A stretch of DNA of 64,000 nt from Ruditapes philippinarum (lineage: Eukaryota). The position numbers were made by a program, and so were the translations under genes. The stretch covers positions 124,001 through 188,000 of the forward strand of contig NW_026861555.1 of the NCBI RefSeq assembly GCF_026571515.1, read 5' to 3'. Under the pieces are notes generated by a model. That model made no database searches and was not told where the DNA came from. It was given only the letters and a program-made list of their open reading frames with translations. Numbering within the stretch: position 1 is the first letter of the stretch; each line of letters opens with the position of its first letter. This document shows positions 12,701-24,700 of the stretch, in pieces.

Positions 12701-15700
12701 AAAGTACTTGATTCAATTTTTGTTGCAACTATTGTTGTTGACGTTGTCGTTGTTATTGTAGATGTACCTGCTTCGGTAGAAGAGTATATGATTTTGCTTG
12801 TGTCTGGTGAGCTTAAACTACTTAATTCTGTTTTAATAACATCCGATGTTGTTGTTTTAAGATTAATTGTTGTAGGTTTAGAAAAAGTAGAAGTTATAAT
12901 GTGTGTGCTACTAACACTAGGTGGGCTTATTTCAGTAGGTGGTACCGTGCTTGATTTATATTCAGAAGTGGCAACACGTGTGCTGAAATCTGATGGTTTG
13001 AAAGTACTTGATTTAATCTTGGTTGAAATGTTTGTTGTTGAAGCAGGTAAGAACGTTGACTTGATGATAGGTGTTCCTTTATTGCCGGTAGTTTGGTTAT
13101 ATATTTTCGTTAATTTTAAATCCATTTGTACTTTTATTCAGTTAAAATTAAAGGGCGGCGTACTTGTTTTTGGTTTTAAAGCTGCTTAAAACCCAGTCGA
13201 TTAAAAACTATTTTTTTTTGTAGAAGTCCAAAAAATATGTTGAAAATTTAAATATAAAGAGGTTTGTTATTGGGTGTTTAAACATTGATTTTTTCACTTT
13301 TTGAATTTAGCGAAATAGAAGCGTTTCTTTATAAAAAATATTTTCAAAGTCGAAACTTAAAATGTGTTGACTCAAAGGAAGTTGTTATTTTGGAATTGTT
13401 TTCTGATGGTACAAATGTGAATAAAGATGTACGCATAGGAGTCGTTGAACTGAAATCAGATGAAGATATTCCAATTTCTGTTGTTAAAACAGACGACTTG
13501 CTAATAAGTGTTTCTCTTTTCCTGGAAATAGTTGAATCTGTTGTTGAAAATGTGATCGTAGATTCATTATGAGTAGAGCTATACCTTAAAGTTGATATTC
13601 TTGTACTAAAGACTGTTGATTTTATACTTTTTGTTGTCAAAGAAGTTCTTCCAGTAGTGGATTGCTCAACAGTTGTTATTTGAGAACTGACGCGTGTTGG
13701 AATAAAGGTGGACGATTTTCCAATCTCCGTTGTTGAAAAGGGAATAATGGTCGTACTGATTACAGACGTTTCTTTTTCGCCTGTGGTTGACTGTGTTTCT
13801 ATAAATGATATCGTAGATTCAATATTTGTCGAACTATAACTAGATTTCAAAGTGCTTATTTGAGTTGGTATAAAACTGCTTTTTGATGATGGAACAGATT
13901 CAGTAATTGTTGAGGAATCAAACTGTGTAGATTTTAAAGAACTAGTAAATTGTGAACTGGGGATAGTTGGTATTGAAGATTCTGAAAGTGTCGTCAACGA
14001 AGTATATTCAGTTGATTGTATAATATCTGTTGTTGTTGAAGATTCAAATAGCGTCGACTCAAAGGTTGAAATCATTCGAGAACTGTAACTTGTTGGTACA
14101 GATGTGAATGATGTTATTTCCGGAGTCGATGACCTTAAATCGGTCGATGGCATTTCAATCTCTGTGGTTGAAACGGGGAGACGAGTTGACTTGCTAATAG
14201 GTGTTCCTTTTTCGCCTGTAGTAACATCTGTTGATATAGATATTATCGTAGATTCAAATCCAGTGGATCCGTAGCTAAACGAACTAGGTTTCAAAGTACT
14301 GATTTGGGTCGGTATTAAACTGCTTTGTGATGATGGAACAAATGGAGTAATTGTAGAAGATTCAAACTGTGTAGATTTTAAAGAACTAGTAAATTTTGAA
14401 CTGGAGATAGTTGGTATTGAAGATTCTGAAAGTGTCGTCAACGAAGTATATTCAGTTGATTGTATAATATCAGTTGTTGTTGTTGAAGATTCAAATAGCG
14501 TCGTCTCAAAGGTTGAAATCATTCGAGAACTGTAACTTGTTGGTAAAGATGTGAATGATGTTATTTCCATAGTCGAAGATCTTAAATCGGTCGATGACAT
14601 TTCAATCTCTGTGGTTGAAATGGGGAGACGAGTTGACTTGCTAATAGGTGTTCCTTTTTCGCCTGTAGTAACACCTGTTGATATAGATATTATCGTAGAT
14701 TCAAATCCAGTGGATCCGTAGCTAGACGAACTAGGTTTCAAAGTGCTTATTTGGGTCGGTATAAAACTGCTTCCTGACGATGGCACAAATTCAGTTATTG
14801 TAGAAGATTCAAACAGCGTAGATTTTAAAGAACTAGTTAATTGTGAACTGGAGATAGTTGGTATTGAAGATTCTGAAAATGTCGTCAACGAAGTATATTC
14901 AGTTGATTGTATAATATCAGTTGTTGTTGAAGATTTAAATAGCGTCGACTCAAAGGTTGAAATCATTCGAGAACTGTAACTTGTTGGTACAGATGTGAAT
15001 GATGTTATTTCCGGAGTCGATGATCTTAAATCGGTCGATGACTTTTTAATCTCTGTGGTTGAAATGGGGAGACGAGTTGACTTGCTAATAATTGTTCCTT
15101 TCTCGCCTGTAGTACCATCTGTTGATATAGACATTATCGTAGATTCAAATTCAGTGGATCCATAGCTAGACGAACTAGGTTTCAAAGTGCTTATTTGGGT
15201 CGGTATAAAACTGCTTCCTGACGATGGCACAAATTCAGTTATTGTAGAAGATTCAAACAGCGTAGATTTTAAAGAACTAGTTAATTGTGAACTGGAGATA
15301 GTTGGTATTGAAGATTCTGAAAATGTCGTCAACGAAGTATATTCAGTTGATTGTATAATATCAGTTGTTGTTGAAGATTCAAATAGCGTCGACTCAAATG
15401 TTGAAATCCTTTGAGAACTGTAACTTGTTGGTACAGATGTGAATGATGTTATTTCCGGAGTTGATGATCTTAAATCGGTCGATGACATTTCAATCTCTGT
15501 GGTTGAAATGGGGAGGCGAGTTGACTTGCTAACAGGTGTTCCTTTTTCGCCTGTAGTAACATCTGTTGATATAGACATTATCGTAGATTCAAATTCAGTG
15601 GATCCGTAGCTAGATAAACTAGATTTCAAAGTGCTTATTTGGGTCGGTATAAAACTGCTTTTTGATGATGGAACAAATTCAGTAATTGTAGAAGATTCAA

Positions 15701-18700
15701 ACTGTGTAGATTTTAAAGAACTAGTAAATTGTGAGCTGGAGATAGTTGGTATGGTAGATTCTGAAAGTGTCGTCAACGAAGTATATTCAGTTGATTGTAT
15801 AATATCAGTTGTTGTTGAAGATTCAAATAGCGTCGACACAAAGGTTGAAATCATTCGAGAACTGTAACTTGTTGGAACAGATGTGAATGATGTTATTTCC
15901 GGAGTCGATGATCTTAAATCGGTCGAGGACTTTTCAATCTCTGTGGTTGAAATGGGAAGACGTGTTGACTCGCTAATAGATGTTCCTTTCTCGCCTGTAG
16001 TAACATCTGTTGATATAGACATTATCGTAGATTCAAATTCAGTAGATCCGTAGCTAGACAAACTAGATTTCAAAGTGCTGATTTGGGTCGGTATAAAACT
16101 GCTTTTTGATGATGGAACAAATTCAGTTATTGTAGAAGATTCAAACTGAGTAGATTTTAAAGTACTAGTAAATTGTGAACTGGAGATAGTTGGAATTGAA
16201 GATTCTGAAAGTGTCGTCAACGAAGTATATTCAGTTGATTGTATAATATCAGTTGTTGTTGAAGATTCAAATAGCGTCGACTCATAGGTTGAAATCATTC
16301 GAGAACTGTAACTTGTTGGTACAGATGTGAATGATGTTATGTCAGGAGTCGATGATCTTAAATCGGTCGATGACATTTCAATCTCTGTGGTTGAAATGGG
16401 GAGACGAGTTGACTTGCTAATAGGTGTTCCTTTCTCGCCTGTAGTCACATCTGTTGATATAGATATTATCGTAGATTCAATTCCAGTGGATCCGTAGCTA
16501 GACAAACTAGATTTTAAAGTGCTTATTTGGGTCGGTATAAAACTGCTTTCTGTTGATGGCACAATTTCAGTTATTGTAGAAGATTCAAACAGCGTAGATT
16601 TTAAAGAACTAGTTAATTGTGAACTGGAGATAGTTGGTATTGAAGATTCTGAAAATGTCGTCAACGAAGTATATTCAGTTGATTGCATAATATCAGTTGT
16701 TGTTGAAGATTCAAATAGCGTCGACTCAAAGGTTGAAATCATTTGAGAACTGTAACTTGTTGGTACAGATGTAAATGATGTTATTTCCGGAGTTGATGAT
16801 CTTAAATCGGTCGATGACATTTCAATCTCTGTGGTTGAAATGGGGAGACGAGTTGACTTGCTAATAGGTGTTCCTTTTTCGCCTGTAGTCACATCTGTTG
16901 ATATAGACATTATCGTAGATTCAAATCCAGTGGATCCGTAGCTAGATAAACTAGATTTCAAAGTGCTTATTTGGGTCGGTATAAAACTGCTTTTTGATGA
17001 TGGAACAAATTCAGTAATTGTAGAAGATTCAAACTGTGTAGATTTTAAAGAACTAGTAAATTGTGAGCTGGAGATAGTTGGTATGGAAGATTCTGAAAGT
17101 GTCGTCAACGAAGTATATTCAGTTGATTGTATAATATCAGTTGTTGTTGAAGATTCAAATAGCGTCGACTCAAAGGTTGAAATCATTCGAGAACTGTAAC
17201 TTGTTGGTACAGATGTGAATGATGTTATTTCCGGAGTCGATGATCTTAAATCGGTCGATGACATTTCAATCTCTGTGGTTGAAATGGGGAGACGAGTTGA
17301 CTTGCTAATAGGTGTTCCTTTTTCGCCTGTAGTCACATCTGTTGATATAGACATTATCGTAGATTCAAATTCAGTTGATCCGTAGCTAGATAAAGTAGAA
17401 TTCAAAGTACTCATGTGCGTCGGTATAAAGCTACTCTTTGATGATGAATCAAATTCGGTCATTGTAGAAGATTCAAACTGCGTAGATTTCAAAGAGCTAG
17501 TGAATTGTGAACTGGAAATGGTTGGTATTGACGTTTCTGAAAGTGTCGTCATAGAAATATATTTTGTAGATTGTGTCGTATAATTTACTGAGGAAGTTTC
17601 AAATGGTGTCGATTCGAAGGAAGTTGTCACTTGAGAACTGAAACTTCTTGGAATGGATGCTGAGGATTGCATACTTTTAGGAGTTGTTGATATGACACCA
17701 GTCGATGATATTTCAAATCCTGTTGTTGAAATTGGAAGAATTGTTGACTTGAAAGTTGTGCTTTTCTCAGAGCTAAACTGTGTCGATCTGTAGGTACTGG
17801 CTATTATTTTAGTGTATGTAGAGGATGCGATTGATTGTGTTACTTCAGGACCAAACGTAGATTTATATATAGGTGACCCTTTTCTAAACAATTGTGATGA
17901 TGACAATAATGGCTGCATTGTTGTAGTCGAGTTCTCTAATGAAGTAATGGTTGATATGTCTTTTAAAGAACTTGATATGGAACTGAAACCACTGGTCCTT
18001 GTCACTGAAAAATAAAAATTTGACACATCTTTAATAGTCGACGTTTTACCTAATTCAAATTAAATTTCAACTACAGGATATAATTATTTGATTTATGCTT
18101 CTTGTTAGTAATGTCAAGACACCTGAAAACGTACACAAACGTCTACAAATTGTAATGGACAATATTTAAAGTATGCATACATTTAATTGTACATTTTTAT
18201 GCAATTCATTTGAGTTTGACTTGAATAAAAGTATTTGCAATATATTGAATTTATCTGGTGTTGTATATGTGATATTATTACCAAAAAGTGATATCATTGT
18301 ATATTTTTATGTATATATTAGCTAGTACTGTTTATCGTGAATCAACCTCATTATGTAATTTTCGAATAAAAAAGTATCGTCAAACGAGGAAAAGGGCATA
18401 ATTCTATCATTTGTATGCCTAATAATTTAATCACATAAAAATCCTTAAACCGAATAGGGATATGTAAGGAAGGGGTAGAATTTATCAAAGGAAGTAATGA
18501 AGACGTGCAGGTAAGTAGAAAATAAAACAGAATGGAAAAACTCCTAACCAAAAAGGAAAAAAAGCCTTGGTCCCGAAGAAAAGATAGAAAACTGTGAAAT
18601 AGGTTTAAATTAAGCACGAAATATTTGTGTCTCGAGCAAATAAATCCTTTTAATACCAATGTCACTTCTTGTGGAATATATTATGTTTGTAGTCGACACT

Positions 18701-21700
18701 TCAAAAAGGATAGTTGTTGTGCCAGAAGTGTATGTTGACATTACACTACTTTGACTTCTAACAGTTGTATTTGGTACGTCTGAAGCAAAAATATCATTTA
18801 ATTTAAAATCAGAAATCTTTTGTTCAAGGCTAATATTTTGACATATAGAAGAAGATGTATTTACTTACATTACATAAAGAATGTGCCTAAAACAACAACT
18901 CTTAGAATGTTATAAAGCTTAAACAAATTTTAGTAATTATTAGATTATACATTATGTATTTTGATTTTTTAACTGCTCGATTGTTAACAATAACGAATCA
19001 AATACAATTTCATTATTGAATTGTTACCGAATTGAAAATTGACTCAAAGGTGATGTATTATTAACGACAAAGACGCCGATAAAAAAAACTAGTCATATAT
19101 TCTCACCTGTACTTAATTGAATTGTACTGTTATGAATTATTGTTGATGAGCTTTCCCGTGACGTTGAACTTGCTACTTGAATACTTGATCCAGTATACAA
19201 TGTTGATAATGATGATGTTAAATTAGTTGTCAAAAAAGATGTTATTTCTGTCAATAATGATGAGATATCTGTTGCTATCGATGACGTAGTATCAGTTGGT
19301 AATAATGATGTAGCAACTGTAGTAAATGCTAGTGTTATATTTGTTGTTAAAGATGTACCAACTGTGGATAATGTAGATGTTACATCTCTTGATAAAGATG
19401 ATGTAATATCTGTTGAAGATGACGATGAAATAACAGATAATGATGTTAAGTCTGTTGGTAATGATGATGGTACGTTTGTTGATAATGACGATATAACCCC
19501 TGTTGGCAACGATGTTACCTCTGTTGGTAATGGTGATGTAACATCCGTTGGTAAAGATGATGTAACATTTGTTGTTAAGGACGAAGAAAACCTTGTTAAC
19601 AATGAGGTTACCTCTGTTGGTAATGTTGACGTAACATTTGTTGGAAATATTGACGATACCTCTGTTTGTATTGTCGAAGTCACCACTCTTTCAAATGATG
19701 TTACATCTGTGGGTAACGATGATGTTACAATTGTTGATATTGGTGTTTTGTTTGTTGATAAAAATGAAGTAACTTTGGATGTTTCATCAGTTGGTAATGA
19801 TGAAGTAATCCCTGATGGCAATGATGTTTCATCTGTTGGAAATGATGAAGAAGAATCTGTTGGTAATGTTGATGTTACGCCAGTTGGTACGGACGAAGTA
19901 ATCCCTGATGACAATGATGTTTCATCTGTTGGTAATGGTGAAGTAATCCCTGATGGCAATGATGTTTCATCTGTTGGAAATGATGAAGAGGTATCTGTTG
20001 GTAATGTTGATGTTACGTCTGTTGGTAATGACGAAGTAATCCCTGATGGCAATGATGTTTCATCTGTTGGTAATGGTGAAGAAGAATCTGTTGGTAATGT
20101 TGATGTTACGCTTGTTGGTACGGACGAAGAAACTCCGGTAGGCAATGATGTTAAGTCTGTTAATAAAGATGATGTTACGTCTGTTTGTAATGATGATGTT
20201 AAATCCGTTGGTATTGAAGAAGAAACCCCTGTTGGCAAAGATGTTACGTCTGTCGGTAATGACGAAGTAACCCTTGATGGCAATGATGTTTCATCTGTTG
20301 GTATTGATGTTGCTTTTGTTGGTAATGTTAATGTTACGTCTGTTGGCAATGACGAAGTCGACCCTGATGACAATGATGTTTCATCTGTTGGTAATAATGA
20401 AGAAGCATCTGTTGGTAATGATGATGTTACGTCTGTTGGTAAGGACGAAGACATCCCCGTTGGTAATGATGTTTCATCTGTTGGTAAAGATGTTGTTATA
20501 TCTGTTGGTACTGATGACGCTACGTCAGTTGGTAGGGAAGAAGAAATTCCGGTAGGCAATGATGTTAAATTTGTAAATAAAGATGATGTTACGTCCGTTG
20601 GTAATGACGATGTTACGTCTGTTGGTAATGACGATGTAACTCCTGTTGGTAATGATGTTAATTCTGACGATGAAGCATCTGTAGGAAATGAAGAAGGTAC
20701 ATCAGTTGACAATGATGTGATGTCCATTGGTAATGATGAAGTAGTATTCGTTGGTATTGATGATGCGCTATCTGTGTGTAATAGTGAGCAAACATGTATT
20801 ATAAATAATGATGCTATACGCATGTATGTTGACAATAAAAACATGTGGAAATTTTGTTTGAGCGTAAGCATTTCAAGTATGTCAGTTATCGTTACCATAT
20901 AGATTGTTACAGGTATGCCATAATCATTTCATACATAGAATTATTACATGTAATGGTAATCAGTGCATTATCAATTAAAATGAATGCACAAAAAACCCCA
21001 ATGTTTTATTTGATATCTATACAACGTCAGTTTGCTAACAGATGTCAGTTTATGTGTTTTCCCTCTTGGTTAAATTTTATACTAATCGTTTACACAATAC
21101 CTAGATTGGTACGATCTTAGATATTATTAAACATATTATTTTATAAAGATTAAAATATACTTACTACTTGTTACAACACTAGGAATGGAACTGATTGAAC
21201 TTATCCCAGTTGTTTTGGTTACGGCTGATGTTAAATTCGAAACAGTAAATGTCGAAATATCTGTACTTAACATGCTTGAACTTGAAATTAATGTTGTACT
21301 TAATCGAACGTTTGTTGACTCTGACGGAACGTTACTACTTTGAGAAATAGAATAAGATAATGTTGAAATCACAGTACTTGGTTGTTTCGAACTGAAAGGA
21401 GTAGATGTAACTGGTCTATGTGAAGTTGAATTTGACAATGTTATAGTTGAAATCAAAGAACTTGGTACAGGTGAACTTGAATATAATATTGATGAACTAA
21501 ATGTTGAAGTCGAATCGTCGGTGGTCACAGTTAAAATGCTTGTTTTTGGTGAAGTTACAATCGACACGGATACAGTTGAAATGTCGGTACTTAAGAAAGA
21601 CGAACTGGGATAAGTTGTTAGTGAAAAAACGGTCGATGTTCTAGCAGACGAACCTGCTGTAGTCATAGTTGAAACGTTCGTTCCTCCTGAAGTTAAATCT

Positions 21701-24700
21701 GTCACTAATGTTGATGAAATTGAAATGTTTGTCTGCGTTGAACCTAAAACGGTTGTTGGTAAAACAAAAGTCGAAGTTCTTATAGATGAACCTGTTGTTT
21801 CAGATAAAAAGTGTGTACTTTGAGAAGTAATGTTCGACACAAACAATGTTGAAACAAGTGTACTAGAAAACAATGAGCTTGAAAATTCTGTCGGAGTAGA
21901 AGTTGATGTTTCTACTCTACTAGTTTTTGATGACAATTCTGTTGAAACAATGTACGGTGTTGATGATTCAAGTAGTGTTGAACTTTGTGAAATACTCGTT
22001 ACAGAAGATAGCTCAGAAGAAAATCTTCTGATAGTAGTACTTAAAGTTGATATTATCATTGTCGACTTTTCTGAAAATAAATGTGTGTTACTCGACGTTA
22101 GAATTTCAGTTCAAACGGGCACACTTAGTAAAAAACTGGTACCCGTTGTGTCCAAAGAAAATGTATTAGCTGAAAGACTTGAGAAGAAACTTTATTTCTA
22201 ACGGGAAAATGGAAATTGTTTGATTCCAAAAGAGCTGGAATAAATTATTTAAATCAGTTAGCATATGCAAAGTGTTAAAATTAAATAAACTGTATTAGAT
22301 TAAAGGTAATACAGCATGCATTTAATAAATGTTAGAATTGTTAACACAGATAAAGAGAGAACATTTGGATTCAGGAAAACAAACTTTTAGCATAATAAAC
22401 TAGGAACTGTTTAGATTTTGTTTCTAAATGTGAGTCGAAATGTTAGAGTTACATAGAAACGAGAAGAAAAACAATTATTGTTCGAGTCTAAATCTTACCA
22501 GTACTTGGTGGTTTAGAAGACGGTGAAATAAATGTTGATGTAAATTTGGAATCAGTAGTAAGTTTTGTACCTACGAAAAGAAAGAAATAACTATTTGACT
22601 TAAGTATTTGGCGTGAATATTTATGTTTCGACATCTTGTTTGAACTTTTTTAAAATAACACGCTCATATTTTTTTAAGGAAGAGGATAGTGTTATTCAAT
22701 TATGACAATAATGCGATTGCGTTTCGTTTCCATTGTTCAGTTGCTTCCATGCTTTAATTTATCTCTCAAATATCATTTCAATAGCAGTTGGTTTATTGTC
22801 TAAAGAAAAATAATCCATCAACAATATCAAAAAATAAATGTCATTTATAATTGCTTATGTGCACATTTTCATTGTATTTCTAAGAAAGGTGAATTAAAAA
22901 AAAACATGTTGAAAGTTGTAGAACGAAAATAAGAATACTTAAAGAAATTGAGAAAAAGTGGTAAACAAAATACCATCTTAAATTTGTTTTTGATATTGAT
23001 ACAAAACATTGTCAGTATATTATAACTATATGGTCTTATAAATTCATCTGGACTTTATAATTATATACTTGACTTTATACAATTAAACACGAATTTTGAG
23101 AAGTGTCGCATTTTGGAACTAGTGCACTTACCTTTGCTTGGCACCTCAGAAGATTGTTTGCTTGAAATTGAAGATACATCTGAATCAGTAGTAAATTCTG
23201 TACCTGCAATGTCAAAATATGATGTTATCATTCCCTACTTATCATATCCCTCACATTGCTCAATTAGTATAACATACTCCACTTTATTTTAACTTGTAAC
23301 TTCCCCTTCTTGCCTTTACGGGTTGAGGCATCAGAATTACAGCCACCAATTAGCCCTGCGTGATCGTACGAGGCGGCTTAATGGGTTTGAATTATTGAAG
23401 TGTATGCATCTCTTAGCTCCAGCAGGTGAGATGATTTTGACCCCTGATGTTGCTTAAAGTTTTAACACCCTAGGTTAGAAAATATCATCTCTCCTGTTTC
23501 GGTGCCATTTGACCTACATTGTGTTTCTGCGCAGTAAAACCAAACCAAAGTAAAACAAATTAATTTGTATATGTCCAAGGAAATTGTAAGATTTTTGCTA
23601 GCTACTATAACAAAGATAGAACCGCAAGACTTGAGTGATGATTGTACAGTATTTGCAGTTTGAATTTGCCTATTTTATTTCTTTGATATAAATGTTAGCT
23701 AAACATTAACAAAATTATATTTACAAAGTTGTTCAACCGATCAACAGTTACTATGTATATATTCCATAACCGGATACAGGAGGGCTTATAGCCTGAACTC
23801 AATTGGAAAACAAGCAGTCTACAGTCGCATAATATCGCTGACAAAAAGTTATAGATGTGATGAACTTTAATATTTCAACACATCATCACACAGTGTATGA
23901 TCACACATACATTTTTTATCAATCAGAATGAAAGATCGTGTAACGTTCAAAATTAACTAATAGAATCTACTTCTTGGATTATAATGGCATGATGTGTTAA
24001 TTAGTTTAATAAATAAGCTGATATTATTTCTAGAATTACGGTTTACTGATTATCGGGAAAAACCTTTTTACTCGATTCACAGGTTAAACATTTACAAATA
24101 TCTCATAATAAAAATATGCATGGCTATTTGGTAAAATATTTACCTAACGATGTTGAAATTTCTGTAGTAGATGCACCAGATACTGCACGTGTTTCACTTG
24201 TGCTATGTAACAAAGTCGATGACAATAGCGTACTTGAAAATTTATAGGTGGAACTTAAATTGTCTGTCATTGCGGTAGAGATTGGAGACGATAATCCTTC
24301 AGTTGAAATTTCTGTCACAATACTTGGTTTATGTGTAGATATGGACAACAAAGTTGTGCTTGGCTTAAAAGTGTTCGAAAACGTTGGAGATAGAGATGCA
24401 CTTTCAGCCGATGAGACTGGTATTTCAGTTGTTGAAAACGTTACAGGTGGTTTCGATGAAGAAAAAGATGAAATGTCTAATGTGATTTCTGTTGAATTTT
24501 GTGACAATGACGTAGAATAAGTTGATGTAAATGAGGTGACTGGTGAAACTGAAGATGTAAATTTTGAAGAAGAAGCAAATGAAATATCAGTTGGCAACCT
24601 AGTTGACTCTGTTGATGTTAAAATTGAAGATGGCAGCGACTCTCTTGCTGTAGACGTAAATGTTTTTAAAGTTGAAATTACACTTGGCAACACAGATGAT

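Noticed and set aside
14743-17199. Repeated 75-78-aa plus-strand ORFs MLIWVGIKLL...
   Set aside because: Antisense of the 444-bp coding repeat
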